Positions 1 through 32,826 are shown, counted from the first letter of the stretch. The stretch: 64,000 nucleotides of DNA from Mobula hypostoma (GCF_963921235.1 NC_086124.1:1612001-1676000); one strand, 5' to 3'. The notes: a model not told the origin generated them from the sequence alone. Translations and numbers: made by a program.

Positions 1-743
1 AAATAAGATTTATTTTTAAATCAGATGCAAAATATGATCCAATTTTTAGTGATAACACCAAAAACCAGCCTTCACAGCTCACTGTGAGCTGCACAGAAAA
101 TCTATTTTAGCATCAACACTACCCAGCTCAGCATTGGATATGGTCAATTACAGAATGCTATTTCTCAGGCATCACCATATCCTGTTTTGGTCACACAGAT
201 CTTGTTAAGATGTTTTACTTTGTCACCATCAGTGCTTTGTGTCACAAAATGACACCAACAGTGTAAACAGGAAGAATGTGACAAACGCAAGAGGTTCTGC
301 AGATGCTGGAAATCCAGGGTGCAACACTCAAAATGCTGGAGGAACTCAGCACGACAGGCTCCATCTTTAGAGAACAGTAAAAAGTCGATGTCTTGGTCTG
401 AGACCCTTCATCAGAACAAAAGTGTGTTCATGATCAAAATGGAGACACCAGAGACCACAGACGCTGGAATCTGAAGCAACAATCTGCTGAGGAACTCAGC
501 GGGTCGAATGGCATCAGTGAGGGGTAGAGAGGAGGGTGCAGAATTGTTGAGATTTCAAGTTGAAATCCTGTACCTAAACTTAAAATGCAGAGGGGAGACA
601 GCCAGTATGAGAGAGGGAGAGTGGTGAGACAGGAGTCCGAGCTGATTGGTGGACTGAGAGAGATGACAGATGATGGGCAGGTTATTCCAAGTAGTCCATT
701 TTGCAAAAACAGTCCACTTGTGTACTGGAAATGACATTAAACC

Positions 744-1090
744 ATTTGATAGAGGTATACAAAATTAAGAGGGGTATAGATGGGGTAAATGAAAGCAGGC
801 TTTTTCCAGAGGTTAGGTGAATGGGTTAAAGGTGAAAGGTGAAAAGTTTAAGGGGAACATGAGGGGGAACTTCTTCACTCAGAGGGTGGTGAGTGTGGAA
901 TGAGCTGCCAGCACAAGTGGTGCATGTGAGTTCCATTTCAACGTTTAAGAGAAGTTTGAATAGATATGTGGGCGGGAGGGTATGGAGGGCTATGGTCCCG
1001 GCACAGGTCAATGTGAGTATGCAGTTTAAATAGTCCAGCACAGACTGGGCTGAAGGGCCCGTCTCTGTGCTGTACTTTTCTATGACTCTG
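744..1090 (+). mobile_element. CR1 LINE 3' fragment
   Basis: Typical CR1 ORF2 C-terminus (aacttcttcactcagagggtggtg) and 3'UTR. Confidence 0.8.
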
Positions 1091-1402
1091 AATTATGAAA
1101 CAACCAAAACGAATTGTGCTCAATAAGCCACCTCCTTCATGGTCCACATGTACAATCTTAGTTATGTATGGATACGAGTGGTTAATTACAACTCTGCAGC
1201 ATGACCAGAATTATCTAAGCAGTGCTCTGGTTTGCTGCCCAACCTGTTACCGTTTGGATTAGCCTTTGTTTCTCCTCTCCAAAGATATAATGAGCAAGGA
1301 AGAGTGAAGTATTTTATAGATAATGATTTAAAGCACAAACCCAAGAAGCTAACATCGCTTTAAGGATCAAAAATGCTGTTGGACATAATACAATCAACTT
1401 AC

Positions 1403-1492
1403 ATGCTCCACAGAAGGTGAAATAGCAGCAGAATTCACAGGTCGCTCAGTCCTGAACGTTTTCAAGTGCTCCAAACTCGCGGAATCGAACAG
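1403..1492 (-). CDS. EIF3I: EIF3I exon 8
   Basis: cag|[30 protein letters not shown]|gtaagt, 90 nt. Confidence 0.96.
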
Positions 1493-4400
1493 CTGTAATA
1501 GAGAAAATCCATGGCTAAGAGCAGAAAGGCTTCTGTTTTTACCAGTCAAACCTACGTGCAAAGGCCAAATGATGTGGTCCTGCCCTCACGACAGGCGCCA
1601 AGGTTCAGCCAATGTTTCCCATGACGCGGAAAAGCAGATGCTTTGTCACAGCTGGCCAGGCTCACCAGCAGCTCAACAAGATATGACCACAGCCAGTTAA
1701 ATTCTCCTCATTAAAGAACAAATTGAATCTGAGTAGATTTGATCGGCCAATTGGCCTAATTCTGCTTTAAAAAGAATCCTACAAAATGTGATGTTACAGA
1801 ACAAAATTATTTTCACCATTTGATCTGTTTATTTGCTGATCCTTAGGATTCTTCCAGGAATCAAGAATGGGGAGCAGTCTCAATTCTTTAACAATCATTT
1901 ATTTTAGAGTACAAACAAACATACAAATACTAAAGCACTGGTGAGGCCTCACTTGGAGTACTGTGAGCAGTTCTGGCCCCTCATCTTAGGAAGGATGTGC
2001 TGACATTGAAGAGGGTTCAAAGGAGATTCACAGAAGTGATTCCAGGTTTGAACGGCTTGTCATATGAAGAGCGGTTGATGGCTCTGGGCCTGTATTCACT
2101 AGAATTCAGAAGAATGAGGGGTAACCTCATAGAAACCCATCGGATGGTGAAAAGCCTTGATAGGGTGGATGTGGAGAGGATGTTTCCTCTGGTGGGAAAG
2201 TCTAAGATCAGAGGACACAGTCTTGGAATAGAGGGGCATCTGCTTAGAACAGAGTTGAAGAATTTCTTTAGCCAGAGAGTGGGGAATCCGTAGAATTCTT
2301 TGCCACAAGCAGCCGTGGAGGCCAAGTCTTTATGTCTATAAGACAGAGTGTCTGATAGACTCTTGATTCGTCCGGGTATGAAGGGATATGGGGAAAAGGT
2401 AGGAGATTGGGACTGAGAAAAAAATTGGATCAGTCATGATGAAATGGTGGAAGAGACACGATGGACCAAAATGGCCTAATTCTGCTCCTTATACCTTACG
2501 GTCAAACTAAATAAGGAGCTAAGATGGATGAACAACAAAGGAGGGGAAGGTAAAAGAAGAGTAAAAGCGGCAAAGATAGTGCCTCTGAAAAATCCATCAC
2601 TTTTTATAATCCAGATAACAAAAATCCCTTAGATAAGAATAAACAAACCAATTGTTACACAATTACATCACATGGGCAATATGTTAATATTTAGCCAATA
2701 AAAAATTAGGTGATAAACCGTTAAACTAATGGCTATACCATTTTCTGCTAGTAAGTGGGGATGAACCACCACACACTGAAAAATATGAGCTTGTTAAAAG
2801 GTACGTGACTAAAATACAACTTTAGTAGAAGTACAAATTTTATAAAAAGTATTAAAAAAGTGGTTTCCAACACTCTTCTGCACACATTTCAGTTGGAGCG
2901 GAGTGGTTTAAATCCAGTTGAATTTACAGTTTAGCTTACTCCAGTGGTAATGTCTGGAGTAAAGTGTTACACATTGCTTACCTTAGCAGTATTATCCTTC
3001 GAAGCAGTGATAAACATGGTTAGGTCCAACGACGTCTGGATGTCATTAATTTGCTTGGTGTGCTCTTTTGCTTTAGAAATTACTTCCCCAGACTGTCACA
3101 AGTCACAAAAAATTAAATGAAATGTTAATTACAACCAAAATACTAAAAGACAGTAACATGAACTTTAGACATGTGGGATTAGATAAGGACAGAGAATAAT
3201 GCCGACACAATGGTCTGAATGGCCTGTTTCTACGTTGTACAAATATATAATTCTAGTTTCTGGGTCTTTTTTATTCTAATGCTTATTATTCACTTCTCAA
3301 TTAAGTGCAATGCTACTATAATCTCCTGGGGCTAGATCAGAAGGTCAATTTAGATACTTACGGAGATAAAGACTGATCCCTGTGGAAAAGCCAAGTGAGA
3401 GAAAGGTAAAGATGATGGTTTGGCGGTAGGATCCCATTGAACATGGCAAAAGTCGTGGAGAATGATGTGCTGGATACAGAGGTTCATGGGTGGTCAATAG
3501 GGACAAAAGGAACTCTATCCCTGTTAAGGTGGTGGAAAGATGGGGATTTGGTACAGAACAGGAGTTGAGTGCAGGAACTGCCATATTAAATGGTGGGGTC
3601 AACTAGGTCCTCTCGCCCCTACTTTGAACTTTTCCATTATAAGGTGTTGATCACTGCCCATGAAGTGAGTTGCAGAAAATGCTCTCGCTAGATGCTGACA
3701 GTCATTAGTCTCTGCTTCCTTGGGAGTCTGCAGAGATTCAGCATGACATCTAAAACTTCGACAAACTTCTACAGATGTGTAGTGTCGAATCTATTGAGTG
3801 GCTGCATCACAGCCTGGTATGGAAACATCAATGCCCTTGAACGGAAAATGCTACAAAATGTAGTAAATACAGCCCAGCTCGTCACAGGAAAAGCCCTCCC
3901 CCCCCCCAACCACTGAGCACATCTACACAAAACACCGTCATAGGAAAGCAGCATCCATCATCAGAGATCCTCAGCACCCAGGACATGCTCTTTTCTCACT
4001 GCTGCCATCAGGTAGGCACAGGTGCCTCAGAAATCACACCACCAGTTTCGAGAACAGTTATTACCCCTCAACCAACAGGCTCTTGAATAAAAGTGGATAA
4101 CTACATCCACTTGCCCAATCCCACAGAAAATGATATCACTTTAAGGACTCTTTATCTCATGTTCTCATCATTTATTGCAATTTATTTATATTTGCACTTG
4201 CAGTTTCTTGTCTTCTGCACTCTGGTTGATCTTTCATTGATCCTGTTACTGTTACTGTTCTGTAGATTTGCAGAGTGTGCCCCCAGGTAAATAAATGTCA
4301 GGGTTGTATATGGTGATATATATGTACTTTGATAATAAAACTTACTTTGAACTTTGAATCATTAGTTTATTTGTACCTTAGCACTGAACTGCACCAATTC

Positions 4401-7400
4401 ACCGTTCTCGTGCCCTGCAATGACAAATTCTCCGAGAGGTCCCCAAACAGCACTTGTGATCTTCGATTCATTGGCCGAGACCTTCATGTACGGTTCATTA
4501 TTACCTAAAGTTTAACAGGACATTAACAATAAGGTAAACGTTCCAGACTAGCTTACAGCTCCACAATGCTTTGCATGTGCAGAGAAACTGTAGCTGAATA
4601 CAGCCAAGTAATCAAAGTCCAGACAGCAGTATAGGTAATACAGCAATCGACATATACAATGCAAACTGCAAAGACAGCCAACATGATAGGAAACAAAATA
4701 ATATTCAGGACTGATTAACTAAGATGCCAGGGATAATTCCACTACCTATTACAAAAAGTGCCACAAACGCTTGTAGGTACTTGCAAAAAGACAGGCATTT
4801 CCTTGCTTTAATATCCTGTTCGAATGACTGCATCTCTGATGGTCAAGCACTCCCCAGAGTCTGGCATGGGCTTGAGCTCGGAGACCAGCCATCACACCAG
4901 ACGTGACCTGACAGGTGACAACACAGGCAAAAACGCTGGCCTTGTGAGCACTCATGAATTTACAAGTTAGACCAACAAGACAACTTCATCAAATCAAGCA
5001 ACTAGACACTTCCAACTGACAATTCATTTTAATTAGCAGAGCATTAAAATAAGTGACTGTTAATTATGGATTCTTTACTTTGAATTATAAAACCTGAGGT
5101 GTAACACCAAATGTAAAAGCATATGAGATTCAACTGCTTTCTACGGGAACATCACAGAATCTTTCCATTTAGGAAATGTGGACGCTGAAGCTGTCAGTTG
5201 TTATCTATACGTTCTATATGTTGGAAATGAATACAGGAGGCATCAATTAATGCACCAACTCAAAGCCGTTCCCTGCCAACTACCACTATTTTACTCAGAC
5301 GAGTTGTCCTAATCCAGGGGTTCCCACCCTTTCTTATGTCATGGACCAATACCATTAAGCAAGGAGTCCATGGACCACAGGACGGGAACCAAGACTACAA
5401 GATATAGGAGCAGAAACAGGTTATTTGGCCCATTGAGTTTGCTCATCGTGACTGATGTACTATCCCTCCGCACCAGTCAGCTGCCTTCTTCCCATACTGC
5501 TTCATGCCCTGACCCATCAAGGATCATCAACCTCTGCCTCAAATATTCATAAAGACTTGGCCTCCACAGCTGCCTGTGGCAACAAATTCCAGATTCACCG
5601 CACTCTAGCTAAAGAAATTCCTCCTCATCTCAGTTCTAAAAGGATGCACCTCCATTTTCAGGCTGTGTCCTCTGGTCTTAAGACACCCCCACCATAGGAA
5701 ACATCCTCTCCACATTCACTCTATCCAGGCCTTTCTCCATTCAATAGGTTTCAGTGAGGTCACCCCTCATTCTTCTGAGTTCTAATGAATCTAGGCCCAG
5801 TCATCAAACGCTCTTCAATCCCGGAATCATTTTCACAAACCTCCTTTGAACCCTCACCAGTTTCAGCACATCCTTTCAAAGGAAAAGAGTCTAAAACTGC
5901 TCACGCACTCCAAGTGAAGCCTCACCAGAGATCTATAAAGCCTCAAGGTTACATTCTTGTTTTTATATTCTAGTCCTTTCAAAATGAATGATATAAAAAA
6001 CCCTTCTAATCAATCAAACAGATTTTAAATATTTGACAGTCACCCAGCTTTTTAAAATACTTTTAAGGCAACCATCTCAGCAATGAGGATTTAAAAAAAA
6101 AAAAATCCTATTACAATGAACCTTGCTTACTTATTTGAGCAGGATCTCGGATGTCAAAGAAACTGACGTAACAATTGTAGCCCATCTGCTTGTCTGTTGA
6201 GAACATGATGATGTTGCCACTGAAGTCAAATCCACCCGTTCGGACAGCAGAACTGGTTTTAAACAAAGCGAGTTGCTTTCCTAATAACAAAAGCAATTGA
6301 ATATGAATAAGGACAAACAGCACTGCAAATAACGAGACAAGAATATACATGAAAGAGAAATTTTAACAGATTCTAATGTTTGTTTTGCACAGATTTATTA
6401 TCACGGGCAAACGCTGAGAAATTTGTTATGCAGCAGCAGTACATTGTAATAAAAACAAAAACTGTAAATTACAATCAACATGTACAGTTGCAAGGAAAAG
6501 TTTGTGAACCCTTTGCAATTATCTGGTTTTCTGCATTAATTACACATAAAATGTGGTCTGATCTTCATCTAAATCACAATAATTGGCAAACACAATCTGC
6601 CTAAACTAATAACACAAACAACTGTACTTCTCATCAATACTGAGTGCACCATTTAAACAATCACAGTCTAGGTTCAAAAAAGTATCTGAATCTCTGTGGT
6701 AATGCCTTCTACAAAAGCAATGAGATGAGATTGGGGGTGTGGGTTGTAGAGGGGCCCTGCCTGATAATAAAAAGACACACAAAGTCAGGTTACTGCTTGT
6801 CTCAAGAAAGATCTGTTTATGTGCACCATGCTTCGATCAAAATAACTTTCAGAGGACCTTGGAAAAAGAACTGTAGAGATGCACGAAGCTGGAAAAGGCT
6901 ACAAAATCATTTCTAAAGACTTGAGTGTTCATCAGTCCACAGTAAGAATAGAAATAGGCTACAAATGGAGGAAATTCAGTACTGTTGCCACCCAGAGCAA
7001 AACATGCAATGTTGAAGGAGGTGAAAGAGAACCCAAGGGTAACAGCAGAAGACCTGCAGAAATCTCTAGAACTTGCTAAAGTCTCTGTTCATGTGTCCAC
7101 TATAAGAAAAACCCTGAAAAAGAAAGGTGTTCATGGAAGGACACCAAAGAGGAAACCACTGTTCACCAAACAAAAACATTGCTGCATGTCTCAAGTTGTG
7201 AACCTGGATGAGCCACAACGCTCCTGGGACAATGCTCTGTGGACAGATGAGACAAATGTTGAACTTTTTGGCAGAAATGCACACTGCTATGTTTGGAAGA
7301 AAAAGGGCACTGCCCACCAAGACCAAAACCTCATCCCAATTGTGAAGCAGGGTGGATGGAGTATCATGGTTTGGGGCTGCGTTGCTGCCTCAGGGCCTGG

Positions 7401-10400
7401 ACAGCTTGCAATCAGTGAAAGAACAACAAATTCAAAATTCCATCAAGGCATTTTACAGGAGAATGTCAGGGTAGTGATCCATCACCTGAAACTTAATAGA
7501 AGTTATGATTCAACAAGACAGCGATCTGAAACATGAATAAATCAACAGAATGGTTTAAAAAGAAAATTCATGTCTTAGAATAGGCAAGCCAGAGTCCAGA
7601 CTTTAACCCAATTGAGATGTTGTTGCACGACCTAAAGAAGGGTGTTCATGCAAGTATCCTAGAAATACTGATGAACTAAAACAGTTTTGTACAGAGGAAT
7701 GGTCTAAAATTCCTCTGCTATTGTGCAAGTTGGATCAGCAGCTACAGGAAATGTTTGGTGGAGGTTATTGCTAAAGGAGGTTCAACCAGTTATTAAATAC
7801 AAGGATTCACGTACTTTTTCCAGCCTGGACTGTGTAAGATTAAACAATGTCTTCAATGAAGACATGAAAGGTACAATTGTTTGTGTGTTATTAGTTTAGT
7901 CAGTTTGTGTTTGTCTATTATTGTGACTTAGATGAAGATCAGACCACATTTTATGAGTAATTAATTCAGAAAACCAGGTAAATGCAAAGGGTTCACAAAC
8001 TTTTTCTTGCACCTGTGAGGTCAAGAGTCCACCTCATCACACTAGGGAGTATTCGATGGTCTTCTAACAGCGGAGTTCCTCCTCATCTGTTATAAATGGA
8101 CATCTCTCTGTTCTGAGACTGTGCCCTCTGGTCCTCAACTATCCCACTACAAGAACATCCTCTCCACATGCACTCCATCCCCCCTCCCTCCCACCGTCCT
8201 TCAAAACTCCCGCGAGTAGAGGCCCACAACCAACAAATACCCCTTCATTCTCATGAACGTCCTCTGCACTCTCTCCAATGTCAGCACATCCTTTCTTACA
8301 CAAGGGGCCCAAAACTGCTCCCAATACTCCAAGAGCAGTCTGACCACTGCCTTGTAAAATCTTAGCATTACATCCTTGCTAATTCCTCTTGAAATTCAGA
8401 GTAGGAATTTCCTGATTCAAGCTTTCTTGGATGGTTCAACTCAGGTCGTATGATTCTGGGATAGATGTTTGCATTCAGTAAAGTTTAAGGCAGGAATAGG
8501 ATAAAGGATTGGGCAGGCATTCAATCCTGGATCAACAGGTACAATTCTCACTTCACCAGTGGTTCAGCTGGCAAAGCCTCAAAGGTTACAAGCTCTTGCT
8601 AGAGAACAATGCCTTTAGAAAGAATGGAAAGAAATTAAGAAAGCTGGTATCACAAACAGAACTAAAAAATGCTTTTTAACATGCAGATATGCAAGTTCTC
8701 ACCTGTTTCACAGTCCCAAAGTCTGCACGAGTTATCTGCAGAACCAGTCAACACTTGCTTTGTATCCCCTGATTATTAGATCAAGGACAATAAGAATCAC
8801 CTGGTAGGAAACTGAAAGTTAAACACAGACATACACTGACGCTCAGTGTCAGAACAACCAAAGTATCTCCAGGGAGCATTTTCAGTTTCCTTGAGCAGTG
8901 ACATTTCATTGTAATGAGAAAATGGTCAGGCAAATGCAATAAAGTTACAATTCAATGTCTGATCAACTTATTGATAATGAACTATTGCTGGGTAGCTAAA
9001 ATTGTATAGATTCCCCTATGTCTTCAAATTATTTTACCAAACTTCTGAATTTTTTTGATAAAAAGCCACAGGTTTTCCTCTTATAATGACCATTCTAAAC
9101 CTGAAGGATTAGATTGAAAATATTTATTTACAGTAATCCATAACCTTTTATGATTCTACAAAAACTGCACCAGCCCATCAGTCTTTGTAGAAGATGGCAC
9201 TCAGAGAAATGGATCCCACAAATCGCAGGTGTCCAGCATCAAGATTCAGAGGTTAGAAGCTACTCAAAGCTTCTTCCACCCACAATAGATTTTCAGTCCT
9301 GTTACTGGGTAAACACACAGGACAGGAGGTATGCCCCCGTTTGAAAAACTGACATTATGAAATGAAGGAAGTGGTAAAATTCTCATAACTGTGGAAATAA
9401 CTCAGTTTTACAATTTGTTCACCTTCAAGTTTCGAACAGTGTTCCCACTGAGAAGTTTTTAAAAATTTATGGAGATATAGCGCGGAACAAGCCCTTTCGT
9501 CCCTTCGAGCCACACTGCCCAGCAATTCCCAATTTAACCCCAGCCTAATCACAGGACAATTTACAAAGACCAATTAACCCACCAGCAGATACGTCTTTGG
9601 ACTGTGGGAGGAAACTGGGGCACCCAGAGGAAACCCACACAAACTCCCTACAGGCAGCAGCAGGAATTGAACCTGGGTCACCTGTACAGTAAAGTGTTGT
9701 GCTAACCACTACGCTACCATGAATTCTGACACGTATAAATGGGACAACATGATGGGCAAAATTGCCATCTCCTGCATTGTGACTAAAACATATCAAGTGT
9801 TTTCCAAAACTCAGGGCAGCCCAAAGTAACCCTGAGGTAACGAAGTATTTACAGTATGTTCGTTAAATTTATCCGTGTTATTAGCTGAACAAACCCTAAA
9901 CATAAATGGCAGGAAGGATACAGTCGACGTCCACGCACCACACTGCTCCTGTGTGGCCATTGTAAGTGCCCAGCCTCTCTCCATTCAAAGAATACCAGAC
10001 GTTAACCACCTGTACCAGAGCAAAAAGCAAAGAAGCTATCGCGGTCTGCCAACATTAACCCCAAGAATTATATTCACTTCACACCTGTTATCACATATAT
10101 ACAGCTAGGGTGCCTAAGACCTTTGCACAGTACTGTAGTAATTTTATGTATTGCACTGTACTGCTGTTCCCCCCAAAAACAAACAAATTTCATGATGTAT
10201 GTGAGTGGTAACACCTTTTCTGAGGTAAATTGTGGTAAATTAACCACAAACAATGAAGAAGTGAGCAAAGGCGAAGCGAATTCGAGGGATGAACTGTGCT
10301 GACAGGCTGCAGAATCGACACGAATGGAGTGAGCCATTCAGAGAGGAGAAATTGAGACAGAGCAGTTTCCGTGTCCGTACGGATGACCCAGGTACGAGGT

Positions 10401-13003
10401 TGGATCGTTCTCAGTGCCGAGACGATTTGGAAGAACCGAGACCGGCTTTGGGCCGGGTGGTATGGTTTAGGCTCAGAGCCTCTTGCTGCAGTGGTGCCTG
10501 GGCCTGGGTCCTAGTGGAAGGTAAGATGTGCTGTTTGGACAATTTAAACACCGGCCCAAATGAACCGGAAAGTCAGTGTTGGGATTGGCGCAGTGTTCAC
10601 TCCTGTCTCCGTGGCACTGAGGCGATGACTGATGGCTGCTGGGTTCTGTGCCTGATGGACAGATATCGAGGCTTCGGGCCTACTCCGTGATTCGGAACTA
10701 AGGACTCATCTTCGTTCGGAATATTGTTCCACTGTTTGCATGATTTGTTCCCCCCTCTCTTCTCTGCATATTGGGCACTGGCCTTCATGTTTTTTAAATT
10801 GGGTTCTTTCGGGTTTCTCGCTTTGGCTGCTGGTAAGCCAGCAAATCTCAAGGGTGTATAATTTATACGTTCTTTAATCATAAATGTTCTTCCAAACTTT
10901 GAAAAACCTGATTCCGATATGGGCCTCTACTGTGGACTGAGAGTGGGAAGGGGGCAGCAAGTGGGGACCATGGTTGGGAAAAGGGGAAGGGAGCAGGAAG
11001 CACCAGAGAGACATTCTGTAATGGTCAATAAACCAATTGTTTGGAATCAAATGACTCTGCCCAGTGTCTCAGAGCTGGGTGTGTCTGCACAGTGAACAGG
11101 GGGAACGGGGCTTGTTCTGCTGTCACTGTTGCTTCTGATTTTCTGCTCAGCATTGCGGGCAGGCAGTCTATTCGTACTGAAATGTGTGGTGACACTTGTG
11201 GGCGGCCCCCAGCACATCCTTGGATTGTGTTGGTTTAATGCAAACAATGCATTTTGCTGTATGTTTCGATGTACATCTGGTAAATAAAATGAACCTGCAT
11301 CTGATCTGAAATTCATCTGTTAAATCCAGCAATCAAGACACTTCAGTGTGCTGTCACGAACCAGATTTCACCTTTCACAGTTTGTGTACGGTACCGTGCA
11401 CGTCTTACGCACATATGTATAACTTGGGTGGCTAAGATATTTGCACAGTACTGCATTTGTCAATGTGGAGCGGAGAGTGAGTTTGTAAATCTGGTGGGAG
11501 CCAACAATGTTGGGCATGATGAGGGTGGAGCGTCACAGGAGGGGTGTGGGACAGGTGGCGGAGGAGTTTCAGGGGCTGGGGGTGGCAACAAGCCCTGAGA
11601 CACCAGGCAAGGGTATTTGATTCCAAACAATTGGTTTATTGATCATTACAGAATGTCTCTCTGGTGCTTCCTCCCCTCCCCTCTCCCTTCCCCTTTTCCC
11701 AAACATGATTCCTCTCTCTCTGCCCCCTTCCCATTCTCAGTCCACGATAGAGACCCATATCAGAAGCAGGTTTATCATCACTCACATATGTCATGACATT
11801 TTTTTTTTAGTGCAGTGCAATACATAAAATTACTACAGTATTGTGCAAAAATCTTGGGCATCCTAACTATGTATTGTAACATCACATATAGATTACACAT
11901 TTGACCACTACCTCACAAAGTTATTACTGTTTAGTTCAGTATGGCAATGAGAATTCCATTGAAATTACACGTGTACTTACAGTGTCTTTCGCACAGGAGA
12001 ACACCAAGTCTCCTTCTCTGTTGTATTTAATTTGTGTGATTGATCTTTCATGACCTTGTAACAGGATGGGTTTCTGACACAGGACAGAAAAAGGAAATTG
12101 ATTACATTCAACAGATGATCCATTCGTTCTCTCCATGACCATGATTGTTCTCGGCAAATTTTTCTACAGAAGTGGCTTGCCATTGCCTCCTGGGCAGTGT
12201 CTTTATAAGACGGATGGCCCCAGCCGTTATCAATGCGCTTCAGAGATCGTCTGACTAGCGTCAGTGGTTAATAACCAGGACTCGTGACATGCACCACCTT
12301 CTCCCATGGCTTCATGCAACCCTGATGGAGACTAAGCAGGCCAGTAGAGGGAAGGAGCACCTTACAGCTCCTTTGCTATAGATGTATCTACACACCAAAA
12401 CTCAGGCTGAGATATTAATTACTGAAAATGTACAATGTTGTGAACCTGTTATGAACCAGCCAAGTTCTCGGAACCTTACTGTTCTTCTAGCATTAATCTT
12501 TTCTCAAATGGTTTCCACAAAAACTCTCAAATAATTGAGCTGGTAAGCAATGTCACACGGATTCAGACTCATCTGGCCACTGTTTGGATTGACATGGCTG
12601 TCAGAAACATGACTCGGCCCCCAAAATCCATTCCACAGTCACAAGGAGCCCGTTCCAGTTTAATTCAATAGACACTGGCCTCATAAAGCTGAGCTGAAGA
12701 TTCACTCCAGGCTGAAAGCGCAGAGGCTGTGTTACCCCGTGTGCAACATCAGTCATCGTTATCTATACATCAGGAACACGTTGGATAAACTGAACCAAAG
12801 ATCCAGGGAGGCTTTGGTTATTCGGCCCATCGATTCTATGCTGCGGGTAAGGCCGAGCCCAAGGGTTGCATTCGCCGCCGAGGGGCCGGGGGCCTGTCGG
12901 AGGGCCCGTTAGCCCGGGTCTGGGGCAGGGCGGACCGAGCGAGGGTCCTCACCCCCATCACGCACACATACATTCCCCTCCGTCCCCGGTCCCCACCCAC
13001 CAT
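1403..13003 (-). CDS. EIF3I: Eukaryotic translation initiation factor 3 subunit I (WD40), coding exons 1-8; 3' exons lie left of the window
   Basis: Exons 13001-13003, 11981-12073, 9922-10009, 8703-8768, 6131-6280, 4377-4504, 2982-3092 and 1403-1492 all have GT/AG ends and compatible phases. They splice to [92 protein letters not shown]...[20 protein letters not shown], matching vertebrate EIF3I. Confidence 0.98.
1934..2500 (+). mobile_element. CR1 LINE 3' fragment
   Basis: ORF ...[37 protein letters not shown]..., the CR1 ORF2 C-terminus. Confidence 0.9.
2982..3092 (-). CDS. EIF3I: EIF3I exon 7
   Basis: cag|[37 protein letters not shown]|gtaagc, 111 nt. Confidence 0.96.
3705..4357 (+). mobile_element. 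Rex1/Babar-like LINE 3' fragment
   Basis: [21 protein letters not shown] motif; AATAAA and (ACTTTGA)n tail. Confidence 0.75.
4377..4504 (-). CDS. EIF3I: EIF3I exon 6
   Basis: tag|[43 protein letters not shown]|gtacaa, 128 nt. Confidence 0.96.
5395..5992 (-). mobile_element. CR1 LINE 3' fragment
   Basis: Reverse-complement similarity to the CR1 at 15924-18335. Confidence 0.8.
6131..6280 (-). CDS. EIF3I: EIF3I exon 5
   Basis: tag|[50 protein letters not shown]|gtaagc, 150 nt. Confidence 0.97.
   Translation of the reverse strand, partial: ESNSLCLKPVLLSERVDLTSVATSSCSQQTSRWATIVTSVSLTSEILLK
6485..8015 (+). mobile_element. Full-length but degenerate Tc1-family (DD34E) DNA transposon in EIF3I intron 4
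   Basis: Long inverted repeats (cagttgcaaggaaaagtttgtgaaccctttgca... / ...tgcaaagggttcacaaactttttcttgcacctg) with TA on the left. Broken transposase: [46 protein letters not shown], with stops and frameshifts. Confidence 0.93.
8075..8395 (-). mobile_element. CR1 fragment
   Basis: Degenerate match to the other CR1 3' regions. Confidence 0.65.
8703..8768 (-). CDS. EIF3I: EIF3I exon 4
   Basis: cag|(W)[21 protein letters not shown]|gtgaga, 66 nt. Confidence 0.96.
8769..9921 (-). other. U12-type (minor spliceosome) GT-AG intron 3 of EIF3I
   Basis: 5' splice site GTATCCTTC. TCCTTGA branch-point motif at 8781-8787, close to the AG, with no strong polypyrimidine tract. Confidence 0.9.
9458..9720 (-). 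mobile_element. HE1/V-SINE-type tRNA-derived SINE
   Basis: tRNA-like A/B boxes (ggttcaattcc), V-domain core gggtttcctctgggtgccccagtttcctcccacagtccaaagac, CR1-like tail. Confidence 0.8.
9922..10009 (-). CDS. EIF3I: EIF3I exon 3
   Basis: cag|[29 protein letters not shown]|gtatcctt (U12-type donor), 88 nt. Confidence 0.96.
10095..11870. mobile_element. Two copies of a non-autonomous TIR-type repeat in opposite orientation (about 10095-11090 with a nested insert; about 11420-11870)
   Basis: Shared cagtactgtgcaaaagtcttaggca ends; same family as 57074-57500. Confidence 0.55.
11981..12073 (-). CDS. EIF3I: EIF3I exon 2
   Basis: cag|[31 protein letters not shown]|gtaagt, 93 nt. Confidence 0.97.
12108..12395 (-). 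mobile_element. SINE-like element with RTE-type tail
   Basis: Homologous to 15350-15770, 20020-20230, 31430-31610 and 62350-62815. Confidence 0.65.
13001..13003 (-). CDS. EIF3I: EIF3I exon 1 coding part (ATG only)
   Basis: Minus strand reads cggcaccATG|gtgggt: strong Kozak context directly followed by a donor, in phase with exon 2. Confidence 0.9.
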
Positions 13004-13119
13004 GGTGCCGCTGCCGGTTCGCTCCCTCCTCCGCCGCCGCCACACGGTGACCGGAAAGACCGCGCACGCCGCCGGAAGTGGCGCCGAAGGTGAAGGGTCA
13101 GGAGGCGGGTACTGCTGCC

Positions 13120-32826
<19,707 letters not shown>

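Noticed and set aside
4769-4894. Second two-hairpin plus ACA segment in EIF3I intron 5
   Set aside because: No ANANNA H box in the hinge and no convincing rRNA or snRNA target by eye.
9660-9720. tRNA-like A/B boxes here and at other V-SINE copies
   Set aside because: SINE heads without a complete cloverleaf; not tRNA genes.
11936-12157. 73-aa ORF appearing to give EIF3I an extended N-terminus
   Set aside because: It reads through from a SINE-like repeat and intron sequence; the true start is the ATG-only exon at 13001-13003.
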